Positions 19,063 through 28,247 of a stretch of DNA of 58,352 nucleotides are shown one piece after another. The notes beneath the pieces were generated by a model. That model was not told the origin of the DNA. It searched no databases and saw only the letters and a list, made by a program, of their open reading frames with translations. The stretch spans positions 5,745 through 64,096 of the forward strand of contig JBHLQH010000008.1 in NCBI GenBank assembly GCA_048884965.1, written 5' to 3'. Made by a program: the position numbers and the translations under genes. This stretch comes from Candidatus Thorarchaeota archaeon. Lineage in GTDB: Archaea > Asgardarchaeota > Thorarchaeia > Thorarchaeales > Thorarchaeaceae. The first letter of the stretch is position 1; each line of letters starts with the position of its first letter.

Positions 19063-21087
19063 TTATTCCTCATCTGAGCCGCCTTCTTCTATCCATGCAA
19101 ACTTCCGTTGAAGTGTCTTCGAATAGACCTTCTTCCAGTCATATTCCACCTTCTGGCACCAGTCGTAGATGACCTTGGGATGAATGTATGACTTCATCGA
19201 TGTCCCCAAGTTCCATGTCCTGCTTGCCTTTGCCAACTTATAGTCTACCTCGATCCTCTTCTGTGCAAGCTCTGCCTTCTTCACGCGTTCCTTTGCGTCA
19301 TCAACTGTCTTTTCAGCACGCGCGATTCGCTGTGCGGATTTCTCCTTGAACTCGTTAACGATTTCTTGCTTCTTCTCAAGAGATGTCTTGGCCTTGTCAT
19401 ACCTCTCCCGTGCAGCTTTGAGGCCAGTCTCTGCATTCTCAAGCCGTTCACGAGTTCTCTCGATGCTCTCTTGGGCGTCCTCAAGCCGCTCCTTCTTTGT
19501 GGACTTCCCCTTTCGCTTGCTCCCTCGAATAGTGCTCTTTCTGGCGCGAGCATTGTCCCATGTCACTTTTGCCTTGTCGCGCTTCTCTCTCCAGGATAAG
19601 ACAGATTGCCAGTACTTGTCAACAATCTCTTTCTGTTTCTTAATCGCTTCCTGCTTGCCACTCTGATTCTTTGCTTCTTTCTTCTTGAGAGCTTGAAGCT
19701 TCTTCTGCTGTTCAGCTACGACTTTTTTCGCTTTCTCGATGACCTTTCCAGCATTCTTGATGCGTTGTCTGTAGCGATCCTCACTCTTGGACCAGCCCTT
19801 TGGAGCCTGTTTAGTGTGGTTCATGACTCTGGCGACTTCAAGATTGGCTTGCTTCACTGCTTCTTTCTTGATGAAGTCAGGGTCTATCTTTCGGGCCTTG
19901 CTCTTCTTCAGCTCTTCTTTCATCACGACGGAAGCATGATGGGTCCTGAACATCTTGGCCGTGAGACCCTCCATGACCTCACCCAAGAAACGGTTCACAT
20001 GCGTGCTATTGATTCTTGGAAATATCTGAGCCACTTTCTTGGGATCTGCCTTGGTCTTCTTGCCCTTTCGTCCCATGAAGGACTCAACGCGGTCCAATGC
20101 CTTCTGATAGAGCTCTTCGAACACCGTGAAAACATCAGGCTCTAGCTGTAACTCCTTGTGCCATGGTACGCTATCCTTTCCTAGGAAATCGAAGACGATA
20201 GAACTGTCTTTGAAGGTGAGATGTTCCACACGAAGCGTCGTTGCACCAACAGTGTCTGCCTCTTCAGGGTCCTTCTCATCTCCAACTCGAAGACTCAGAG
20301 CGTCTATGAGATAGCAGGCTGCAGCCACAGCCCGAACCTTTCCATCCTCCGAACGCAATCCCTCCATGATATGCTCACGGATTCTGGGCATCTGTTTCTC
20401 AACCTTGAGTGCCTTGTTGAATTTCTCAGCTTCTCGTTCTTGCTTTATTGGAGTGCTATCATGGAACCACAGATACTTGGTCTTCTTTGTCAGCTCATCA
20501 GTCCACTTAGCTATCCACATACAATCAGGAGCCCAGATGACCTCACCCCAGTCCCCAGGAGGTTGTACAGCGTCTGGTGAGAGATTCAGGGTGATATCCT
20601 TGTAGGTCGCGCCTCGTTTCCATTTCCCTCGTAAGGGATGCTCTCCTCTGCCCATGAATATACCTGATGGCTCTGTTTGGTATTGACCAAGTTCCATGCG
20701 CTCTCCATCAGCTAGCGCAAAGCCATATCGCTCCTTCAACTCCTCTCGGAGCGTCTTGCGCGCTTCACGGTCTGTCTTTTTCTCTTCCTGCGTCATCGCT
20801 TCTTTTCGAGTGCGTTCCGATTCGACATAGTCAACGATTTGAGAGAAATCAATCTCGGTGACCTGCAAACGAGGTGCAATACCGAGTGCTGAACTAAAAT
20901 CAGTCATGAAGTTCTCAGCAAATACAGGATCATCTACATATGGAGTGCCAAGCTTTCGTACCCATGCGACAGCCATCTCACTCTGATGCGAATCAAGTAG
21001 AAATGGTTTCCCACGTACTATGATTTCAAATGGAGGGAAGTCTGGAAGTTCTAAGACAAGTACGCCGTTATGACTAAGTGTATCCAT
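19063..21087 (-). CDS. top1: DNA topoisomerase IB (eukaryote-like) with long coiled-coil linker
   Basis: TLSHNGV, EP.GIF.GRG.HP.RG.WK; catalytic R (LRVGDEK), K (FLGKD), R (AKMFRT), H (MNH), Y (TSMKSYI). Confidence 0.95.
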   Translation of the reverse strand: MDTLSHNGVLVLELPDFPPFEIIVRGKPFLLDSHQSEMAVAWVRKLGTPYVDDPVFAENFMTDFSSALGIAPRLQVTEIDFSQIVDYVESERTRKEAMTQEEKKTDREARKTLREELKERYGFALADGERMELGQYQTEPSGIFMGRGEHPLRGKWKRGATYKDITLNLSPDAVQPPGDWGEVIWAPDCMWIAKWTDELTKKTKYLWFHDSTPIKQEREAEKFNKALKVEKQMPRIREHIMEGLRSEDGKVRAVAAACYLIDALSLRVGDEKDPEEADTVGATTLRVEHLTFKDSSIVFDFLGKDSVPWHKELQLEPDVFTVFEELYQKALDRVESFMGRKGKKTKADPKKVAQIFPRINSTHVNRFLGEVMEGLTAKMFRTHHASVVMKEELKKSKARKIDPDFIKKEAVKQANLEVARVMNHTKQAPKGWSKSEDRYRQRIKNAGKVIEKAKKVVAEQQKKLQALKKKEAKNQSGKQEAIKKQKEIVDKYWQSVLSWREKRDKAKVTWDNARARKSTIRGSKRKGKSTKKERLEDAQESIERTRERLENAETGLKAARERYDKAKTSLEKKQEIVNEFKEKSAQRIARAEKTVDDAKERVKKAELAQKRIEVDYKLAKASRTWNLGTSMKSYIHPKVIYDWCQKVEYDWKKVYSKTLQRKFAWIEEGGSDEE

Positions 21088-21271
21088 GATAAGAGCCTCA
21101 TTGACTTGTAGTAATGGCGTCCTATTACGAAGGATTCTTGGTTCTTTGCCAGCGTGAGGTCGGAGAGTTATAAACAAAAGGATTATGCTGGCGCATCCGA
21201 TTTTTCGTCAAGCCTCGCCTGAAGAACTCTCCTTTTAGTATCAATGGATTCCAATACAGCAAGGTGAAACT

Positions 21272-21793
21272 ATGGACCTTCGAGATCTATCAATCGCAGT
21301 TCAAACAAAACCAAAGTGGATGGCAGGATGGTATATCACAAACAGTACATTAGCAGGACTGACTTTGATTCTTCTCTCTCGATTAGGATACGTTCAGTTC
21401 GATGATCTTACAGCATTTCTACTGGGTTTCTTCGTTCCATTGGGGGTATATGGCATCAAACATCTCATGGGACTCTACAGGTATGGACAAAGATGGGGGC
21501 TTTACCAAGGCACTGAGGTGCTTCTGCAAAAAGCAGAGGGATATTTCGCACATGCCCGTTATAGCGAAGCGATAGACGTTCTCATCAACGTGTTAGAATA
21601 TCTACCAGGGCACAAAAGAGCGCTATTCTATGTGGCAAAGTGCTATGAGAAGCTTGGAAGAATTAAGGATGCTTCAGATTACTATTCAGAATATCTATTA
21701 TTGGAGCCGGATGATGCTGAGGCTAGAGCTATGCTGGATGAATTGCTACAGCCTCATAATGAGAACCAATTCAAGGGGTCTCTTACAATCTGA
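21272..21793 (+). CDS. membrane protein with C-terminal TPR
   Basis: Two N-terminal TM helices then TPR pairs (ALFYVAKCYEKLGRIKDA...YLLLEPDD). Confidence 0.8.
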   Translation: MDLRDLSIAVQTKPKWMAGWYITNSTLAGLTLILLSRLGYVQFDDLTAFLLGFFVPLGVYGIKHLMGLYRYGQRWGLYQGTEVLLQKAEGYFAHARYSEAIDVLINVLEYLPGHKRALFYVAKCYEKLGRIKDASDYYSEYLLLEPDDAEARAMLDELLQPHNENQFKGSLTI

Positions 21794-21808
21794 TCCAAGA
21801 AGGATCCC

Positions 21809-23665
21809 CTAGGAGCCAAGCTCTTCTAGTATCTCGATTTCCTCGATTTCGTTCCCTTCTTTGCGCAGATTCAGTATCGCGACCTCATAGGCTCGCAAGA
21901 CATCAGTCTTGGAGACAAATCCAACCATCAATGAGGGGTCCTGTGGATCGACAACGACTGCATGCCCCTCATCACGCTCCATCATCGCATGAAGTACTGA
22001 ATCTACACTGCATTCAGGATCAAGCTTCAAGAAGGATGTATTCATCAGATCCTTGACAAGTAAAAGAGTACCATCCTCTTTTCGTTGCTTCTTGATATCT
22101 TCAACAACAAGACAGCCCAACGCATGACCTGACTCATCCACAACAGGGAACTTTGTGTGGGTCGATTCTGTCATGATGTCGTAGACCTCTGAAACCGTCA
22201 TAGTGGGAGAGAGGATAGTAGGAGATTTTGTCATGATCTCGGAGATCTTTACTGCTTTCAAGGCTCCAATATAGAATCCCTTCCCGAGCTGGGTCCCTCT
22301 TCGACTCAGCTTCAACGTGTAGATGCTATCCTCCTCGATACTAGATGAAACGAAGAAGGCTGTCGATACAGCGATCATCAGCGGAAGAATCATTGCATAG
22401 TCCAGAGTCATCTCCATTATTATCACTATACAGGTGATTGGAGCCCTGCCAGTTCCTGCGAATAATGCTGCCATTCCCACGAGAACGTAGGCCATGGGGT
22501 TTGGAACAGACCCTGGAAAGACGATATTGAACACCTGACCAAAGGCACCACCTAGTGCAGCACCTATGAAGAGGGTAGGAGCGAATACACCTCCTGAGCC
22601 TCCAGATCCCAATGTGAAAGAGGTGGCGAATATCTTCAGTACTCCAAATACCAATAGGGCAAGAAGAGACGCTTGCCCAATCAGAGCAGCATCTATGAAT
22701 GGATACCCCACCCCCATTATTGCAGGATAGAACAAATCAGTTGAGTCATAGACTCCACTGTAGCTGGAGATGTTTTCAACCCATAGCGCCAAGAACGCCA
22801 GGATGCCGGTCATAAGCCCTCCAAGTACTGGAAGCGCATATGGGGAGGTGCGAATCTTCTCGAATTGGTCCTCTATGAGATAGAAACCACGCATCCAAAT
22901 CACGCTAAGTAGACCAAGAAGGATCCCAAGTATGAGATACAGAACAAGCTCAGGATAGGTTGCCAGAACGAATTGTGGTGCGTGGAAACTTATAGACGGC
23001 CCTAAAAGTATTCCAACAACTGCGGTCGCAACAACTGAAGATAGGATTACAGGTATGATAGAGTAGCCTAAGACACCACCTGCGACAACCTCGATACCGA
23101 AAAGGGTCCCACCCAAGGGTGCATTGAATGTAGCGGCGATGCCAGAAGACATTCCACATATGACAAGGGTCTTTGTTCCAGTCTTCCCCAGTTTCAAGAC
23201 CGAGGCCATGCTTGAGCCGACTCCGGCTCCAATCTGGGCGATAGGTCCTTCTCGACCGCATGAACCACCGGAGCCAATGCATATCGACGATGCAAGAGCC
23301 TTGAGTAGAGGAACTCGAAGTCGCATCTCACCAGAATGTAGATGATAAGCCTCTATCACCTCAGGAACACCGTGGCCTTTCGCTTCTGGTGCATATCTAA
23401 CTGTAATTGCCCCAACAAGAATTCCTCCAATGGCTGGAATCAATATCCAACCCCATACTCCAAGTATTTGAGGAATTATCACAAACATAAGTCCCATTCC
23501 AAAGATTAGGTATCTGAATCCGACAGCAACCAGACCGGACACGACTCCGACAGCTGCTCCTAAGAGATATGATAGGAGACGTTGATTTCCTGTTAATCGA
23601 TGCTTGGCTCTGGTTATTATGGAACACGACTGATTCACTATCATATGCCTTCTGCTAAGAAACAA
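21809..23665 (-). CDS. CLC family chloride channel/antiporter with CBS pair
   Basis: GHGVPE, GREGP, AATFNAPLGG, GGVFAP motifs, two C-terminal CBS domains; start uncertain. Confidence 0.93.
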   Translation of the reverse strand: MFLSRRHMIVNQSCSIITRAKHRLTGNQRLLSYLLGAAVGVVSGLVAVGFRYLIFGMGLMFVIIPQILGVWGWILIPAIGGILVGAITVRYAPEAKGHGVPEVIEAYHLHSGEMRLRVPLLKALASSICIGSGGSCGREGPIAQIGAGVGSSMASVLKLGKTGTKTLVICGMSSGIAATFNAPLGGTLFGIEVVAGGVLGYSIIPVILSSVVATAVVGILLGPSISFHAPQFVLATYPELVLYLILGILLGLLSVIWMRGFYLIEDQFEKIRTSPYALPVLGGLMTGILAFLALWVENISSYSGVYDSTDLFYPAIMGVGYPFIDAALIGQASLLALLVFGVLKIFATSFTLGSGGSGGVFAPTLFIGAALGGAFGQVFNIVFPGSVPNPMAYVLVGMAALFAGTGRAPITCIVIIMEMTLDYAMILPLMIAVSTAFFVSSSIEEDSIYTLKLSRRGTQLGKGFYIGALKAVKISEIMTKSPTILSPTMTVSEVYDIMTESTHTKFPVVDESGHALGCLVVEDIKKQRKEDGTLLLVKDLMNTSFLKLDPECSVDSVLHAMMERDEGHAVVVDPQDPSLMVGFVSKTDVLRAYEVAILNLRKEGNEIEEIEILEELGS

Positions 23666-23742
23666 TTACTTCGGCCCTAAATTTTGGTCTTAAAAAAGCT
23701 ACCATCAACGGAATTCTCAAACAGCATATCTTAGAAAAAGCA

Positions 23743-23820
23743 TGGTGCGGCCACCGGGATTTGAACCCGGCTCGGTACCTTGGAAGGGTACTATCCTAAA
23801 CCAGGCTAGACTATGGCCGC
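23743..23820 (-). tRNA. tRNA-Gly(TCC)
   Basis: Minus strand GCGGCCA...GTACC-CTTCCAA-GGTAC...GGTTCAAATCCCGGTGGCCGCACCA. Confidence 0.95.
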
Positions 23821-23883
23821 TGCTTTTTCTGCAAATCGTAGTTGTGATTTAAGGATATTGGAGAGTACTATGGAAAGAATGTG

Positions 23884-24597
23884 TCATTTGCCATACCGTT
23901 TTGCGATGACATCATGCTTGAGAGAATAGCACCAGAGGATCTCGTTGCAAACATGCCAGGCCATCATGACCTCAGAGTCCAGCTCAATATGATGTTTGAA
24001 CAGGTCTCGTGCAGTACTCTGAAAGTCACCATGGGGGAATGCTCCAACACCGAGAATGACTGGAATCCTTGAGTCGGAAGGTAGGAGATCTATCAGCGAC
24101 TTCATACTTGTCTGAATGCCACCTTCTACTGCAAGTAGGGTAAGGCTTTCACCAGTCGTTGATCGTATCTCTCTAAGAAGGGTGTCAAGGGTCTTGTTCG
24201 TGACCTTCAGTAGCGCAGTCCCAGAAGGAGGCACCTGACCGGTGAGAAGAAGCTGTTCCATGAGACCCACGAATCGATCATAGTTCCTAGGCACACGCAC
24301 CTCTTGATTCACTTCTATGATACGTCCATCATAGAGGTGAATGTGAAGAGAGAGCAGACCTTCTTTACACAAGGGAGTCTCAAGGATGGATTGTAGACAG
24401 AAGAAAAGGATGTCAGGTCTCCCTCGACGATTCCCATCCTGTAGCTGGGTCATAGCCTGTCCATGATAGGATTGATCCAACAGCAATTCATTTGGCCGCT
24501 TCTTTCTGCGATAGGCGTGCTTTTGGATATCCTTCTTTGCAGTTATCTCTGAAGGAACCAACTCAAGAGCAGTTTCAAGGAGGACTATATGAAGCAT
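23884..24597 (-). CDS. nep1: 16S rRNA pseudouridine N1-methyltransferase Nep1/Emg1
   Basis: E.ALELVP, LLD.SYH, RGRPDI, R.PRNY.RF.GLMEQLL, GAFPHGDF. Confidence 0.95.
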   Translation of the reverse strand: MLHIVLLETALELVPSEITAKKDIQKHAYRRKKRPNELLLDQSYHGQAMTQLQDGNRRGRPDILFFCLQSILETPLCKEGLLSLHIHLYDGRIIEVNQEVRVPRNYDRFVGLMEQLLLTGQVPPSGTALLKVTNKTLDTLLREIRSTTGESLTLLAVEGGIQTSMKSLIDLLPSDSRIPVILGVGAFPHGDFQSTARDLFKHHIELDSEVMMAWHVCNEILWCYSLKHDVIAKRYGK

Positions 24598-24672
24598 GGA
24601 ATTGACCTATCACCAGTTCCACTGCGAACAATTTAAGCGATGTGACTGTTCCTTGAAGGTGGGTCACAACTC

Positions 24673-24999
24673 GTGAAGAAACGAAGAAAGCCAAAGAAAC
24701 AGGTTAGAAGCCTAGCGAGTGCTAGGATTGAACATCTTTGGGAGCAATCCAGATACGTCGCATCAGAACGGCCTGACCGGGCAAGACTGTGGATGTCGAG
24801 TGCAAGGAAAATAGCTCAGAAGGCGAGAATGAAGATCCCAAGTGATATCTCCAGATCTATTTGCAAGGAGTGTGGTACGGTCTGGATCCCGGGTAACAAT
24901 TGCCGTGTTCGCGTTCGCAATAATCGATCAACGCATATGACAGTGACCTGTCTTGTTTGTGGGAACGTACGCAGATTTCCGGTCATAAAGCAAGGTTGA
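24673..24999 (+). CDS. rnp4: RNase P protein component 4 (Rpp21)
   Basis: A..RI..L, ICKEC...PG...RVR, TCLVCG..RRFP. Confidence 0.92.
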   Translation: MKKRRKPKKQVRSLASARIEHLWEQSRYVASERPDRARLWMSSARKIAQKARMKIPSDISRSICKECGTVWIPGNNCRVRVRNNRSTHMTVTCLVCGNVRRFPVIKQG

Positions 25000-25030
25000 T
25001 TAACCACAACACGGGGAGTTTGCTTGATTT

Positions 25031-25309
25031 ATGATGACACCCGCTCAGCCAGATTCCTCAAAAATTTCAGATGCATGGAATGAGCCAGCCTTGATCCAGA
25101 TAGGAAAAGGCGGCATCTCAGAGGGCATCATCGCTGAAGCTAAGCGCATCATAAAACGTCACAAGTATGTGAAGGTCAAACTCCTCAGGAGTACTGGTGC
25201 AGACAAGTATACGAAACGTGGTATCTTTGAAGAGCTATGTCAAAAGATTGGAGCGACCCTTGTAGGAATTCGTGGAAACACAGCAGTCATCTACAGGCTC
25301 CGAAAATAG
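25031..25309 (+). CDS. YhbY/CRM-domain RNA-binding protein
   Basis: IQIGKGGI, VKVKLLRS, IRGNTAVIYR; conserved position between rpp21 and S19e. Confidence 0.9.
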   Translation: MMTPAQPDSSKISDAWNEPALIQIGKGGISEGIIAEAKRIIKRHKYVKVKLLRSTGADKYTKRGIFEELCQKIGATLVGIRGNTAVIYRLRK

Positions 25310-25459
25310 TCGTTTGAAGCAGAAATTACACCGGAACAAACTTCGGGTTCTAACGATAATCTTTTATGGACACTCTTGTCGATGAAGCCAGCCTTCTGAG
25401 GTAGGCAATCGCCCTAGTTAGGGTTCGATATCCTTCCCTCAATAGATATGGTGAAAACA

Positions 25460-25915
25460 ATGCCCACAGTTTATGATATTCCAGCCAACATCTTGATACG
25501 GCGCCTCGCCCAGGAACTGAAGAGTCGAGAACAGATTCAGGCACCTGAGTGGGCAGACTATGTCAAGACCGGTGCTCATAAAGAACGAGCTCCGGATGAA
25601 CCAGATTGGTGGTACACTCGATGTGCTAGTATTCTTAGAAAGATCTACATGAGAGGTCCAATTGGAACTGAGAAGCTAAGAATTCAGTATGGTGGCCGCA
25701 AGAGGCGCGGTGGTGAACCAAATCGATTCGCTCGAGGAAGTGGTGCTATCGTACGAACTGCTCTACAGCAGTTGGAAAGGGCTGGATTCGTCAAGAAACG
25801 CGGAAGCAAGGGCAGAGAGATGACGAGCGCAGGCAAGTCATACATGGACAGGGTTTCAGCTAATCTAAAGAAGGAACTAGCGAAGGCAATTCCAGAACTT
25901 GAGAGATACTCCTAA
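25460..25915 (+). CDS. rps19e: 30S ribosomal protein S19e
   Basis: PEWADYVKTG.HKERAP, WWYTRCASILRK, YGGRKRRG; GGTGA SD before ATG 25460. Confidence 0.97.
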   Translation: MPTVYDIPANILIRRLAQELKSREQIQAPEWADYVKTGAHKERAPDEPDWWYTRCASILRKIYMRGPIGTEKLRIQYGGRKRRGGEPNRFARGSGAIVRTALQQLERAGFVKKRGSKGREMTSAGKSYMDRVSANLKKELAKAIPELERYS

Positions 25916-25929
25916 TCGATCAGCTTTGG

Positions 25930-26268
25930 GTGATGTCAGTGAGTGATGATGAGCTAGATGCCATTCGTCAGAGAAAGCTTGCTGAAATACAACAGCAGGC
26001 AGCTGAGGAACAAATAGCCGAACAACAATCGGCTGAGGCAAACGCACAGAAGGAGGCAATCCTTCGACAGATACTCACTCCTGAGGCAAGACAGCGCCTG
26101 ACAAACATCAGGATGGTCAAGCCCCAAATGGCTGAGCAGATAGAGATCCAGCTCATTCAGCTGGCCAGTTCCGGAAGACTTCGGTCAAGAGTAACAGATG
26201 AACAATTGAAATCGCTCCTCCAACAGATACAGGGGAAAGAGCGAGAGCGCAAAGTAAAATTCAGATAA
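25930..26268 (+). CDS. PDCD5-family DNA-binding protein
   Basis: DDEL..IR..KL, ILRQILTPEARQRL.NI..VKP. Confidence 0.93.
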   Translation: MMSVSDDELDAIRQRKLAEIQQQAAEEQIAEQQSAEANAQKEAILRQILTPEARQRLTNIRMVKPQMAEQIEIQLIQLASSGRLRSRVTDEQLKSLLQQIQGKERERKVKFR

Positions 26269-26289
26269 TAGCTGCGAAAGGTGAAGAAT

Positions 26290-26445
26290 ATGGCAAGAAA
26301 TAAGCCTCTAGGTAAGAAACTCAGAATGGCTCGGGCAATGAAGAGCAACAGTAGCGTGCCTACATGGGCTGTAGTTAAGACTAAGGGAAAGGTACGTAGA
26401 ACTCCATCGCAGCGAAACTGGCGCCAGACAAAGCTAAAGCCATAG
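26290..26445 (+). CDS. rpl39e: 50S ribosomal protein L39e (too short for the ORF track)
   Basis: Translates [51 protein letters not shown]. Confidence 0.95.
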   Translation: MARNKPLGKKLRMARAMKSNSSVPTWAVVKTKGKVRRTPSQRNWRQTKLKP

Positions 26446-26459
26446 TAGGTGAATGAATC

Positions 26460-26870
26460 ATGGCAAAAGACAAGAAGAAAGATGCACCAATCTCCGATGA
26501 TGAACCAGAGATAGAAGAGATTGACGAAGACGAGATTGAAGAGGCTAAGAATGTCGAAGTTGACAAAGCGCCAGAGGCAGCTCCAGTTGAAGAAGTTGTT
26601 GAAGAAGAAGAGATCATCGATGAACGTATCTACACTGTCCCACTGAGAAAGGCGTACTGGACAGGTAGCAGGCTCAAGAGAGCGAACCGTTCAGTTAGGA
26701 TTCTTAGAGAGTTTGTCGAAAGGCACATGAAGCCAGAGGAAGTTCTAATCCAACCAGAGGTCAACGAGATCATCTGGGCGAGGGGTATCCAAAAGCCACC
26801 TCGAAGGATTCGTATCCGAGCGACCAAGAACGATGAGAATCTTGTGCGCGTATATCTAGCGGAGGGATAG
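26460..26870 (+). CDS. rpl31e: 50S ribosomal protein L31e with acidic N-terminal extension
   Basis: ERIYTVPLR, KRANRSV..LREFV.RHMK, NE.IWARGIQKPPRRIR. Confidence 0.95.
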   Translation: MAKDKKKDAPISDDEPEIEEIDEDEIEEAKNVEVDKAPEAAPVEEVVEEEEIIDERIYTVPLRKAYWTGSRLKRANRSVRILREFVERHMKPEEVLIQPEVNEIIWARGIQKPPRRIRIRATKNDENLVRVYLAEG

Positions 26871-26873
26871 CCT

Positions 26874-27542
26874 ACGACAATCGCCCGAACGGACTTCGAG
26901 GGCGATATCAATGTGGGAGCCTTCGGAGTAGTTACCGATAGCTTCGTGTTTATCAGCCCGAATATGTCAGAGAAGGGTCTAGACTCTATAGAACGTACAT
27001 TCAATCTACCACTTATCCAGTCCACCATCGCTACGATGGATACATTGGGACTAGTTTCTGCAGCGAATTCGAATGGTGTGCTTGTTCCCTACACAACAGC
27101 AGATGAGGAACTGGCGAACATCAAGAGTAGCTCTGAGGTCAAGGTAGATTGGATCGATAGCAAGATGACCGCCCTAGGAAACATTATCCTAGCGAATGAC
27201 CATGGAGCGCTATGTCACCCTGAATTTGATCGCAAGGCACGTGATACAATAGCTGACGTCCTTGATGTCGAGGTGGTTCCAGGCACAATTGCTAAGTTGC
27301 CAATAGTTGGCGCAAATGCGATTGTCACTAACAGAGGTGCAGTCATACATCCTATGGCGACCTCTCAAGAAATAGAGTTGCTAGCACAGCTGTTAAAAGT
27401 AGAAGTCGAGGTGGGTACTGTGAACAGAGGCAGTCCTTACACAAGTCTTGGTGTGTTGGCAAATATAGATGGGATGATTGCAGGTTCAGACACCACAGGT
27501 GTAGAACTGGCACATATCTCTCAAGTGTTAGGATTCGTATAA
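26874..27542 (+). CDS. eif6: translation initiation factor 6 (aIF6/eIF6); start inferred at ACG 26874
   Basis: F.G..NVG, NSNGVLVP, ALGNIILAND.GAL, GTVNRG; family-like residues extend upstream of the GTG at 26913. Confidence 0.93.
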   Translation, partial: TTIARTDFEGDINVGAFGVVTDSFVFISPNMSEKGLDSIERTFNLPLIQSTIATMDTLGLVSAANSNGVLVPYTTADEELANIKSSSEVKVDWIDSKMTALGNIILANDHGALCHPEFDRKARDTIADVLDVEVVPGTIAKLPIVGANAIVTNRGAVIHPMATSQEIELLAQLLKVEVEVGTVNRGSPYTSLGVLANIDGMIAGSDTTGVELAHISQVLGFV

Positions 27543-27548
27543 CCAAAG

Positions 27549-27800
27549 GTGAAAATGATGAGTACCAAGGTATGGAGAGCAACTGGTGATTACTTGAAGA
27601 AGAAGAAGAAATTCCTATTCACAAAGGAACTTCTAGCTGATAAAGAAGCCCACGTAAAAGAGAAGATCTATTCCGAGATTGGCAGCAAGCATAAAGTCCA
27701 GAGACGATACATAAGCTTCTCTGAGATTGCAGAGATTCAGCCTGAAGAGGTCACAAACCTAGATCTTAGACGACTATTGGGCGTGGAGCTTGAGATCTAA
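27549..27800 (+). CDS. rpl18a: 50S ribosomal protein L18a (LX)
   Basis: FTKEL.A, EKIYSEIGSKHKV.R..I. Confidence 0.9.
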   Translation: MKMMSTKVWRATGDYLKKKKKFLFTKELLADKEAHVKEKIYSEIGSKHKVQRRYISFSEIAEIQPEEVTNLDLRRLLGVELEI

Positions 27801-28243
27801 TGTCTGAGAATCTCATGCAGAGACTATTGTACCAGCAACGAGCTCTAGAAGAACGTATTGCAGAATTAGAGACCACCATAGGAATGCTTCAGGATACCTT
27901 GGGAAGTTATATCTCCAGTAAGCAAGTTCTCGAAGAGCTTGCTACAAGAGAAGCTGGGGAGCAAATGCTCATCAATATTGGTGGCGCTATCTTTGTCGAG
28001 GCGAAAGTTGTCAGCAATGACAAGGTAGTCAGAGGGATAGGTAGTGGTATCCGTGTTGAGCAGTCCCTTGAGGACGCGAAGACCAATATTTCTCAAAGAG
28101 TTGAAGAGCTTACCGAGTATCTGTCAAAGCTCCGTCAGGAGTATCAGACCACAGTAAACCAAGCAGCTATGGTCAATCAGCAGGCTCAACAAATACTTGC
28201 TCAAGCCCAAGCTCAAGCAAGACCAAAACCACCGGAGGAATAG
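27800..28243 (+). CDS. pfdA: prefoldin subunit alpha
   Basis: Coiled coils flanking LINIGGAIFVEAK...V..GIGSG..VE; position between L18a and ftsY. Confidence 0.9.
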   Translation: MSENLMQRLLYQQRALEERIAELETTIGMLQDTLGSYISSKQVLEELATREAGEQMLINIGGAIFVEAKVVSNDKVVRGIGSGIRVEQSLEDAKTNISQRVEELTEYLSKLRQEYQTTVNQAAMVNQQAQQILAQAQAQARPKPPEE

Positions 28244-28247
28244 TCCA

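Noticed and set aside
19281-20861. Long alternative-frame ORFs over topoisomerase IB
   Set aside because: Shadows of a confidently assigned gene with repetitive coiled-coil codons.
25375-25445. GATGA...CTGA and small hairpins before S19e as a C/D box RNA
   Set aside because: Box C is imperfect and spacing is too short for a two-guide RNA.
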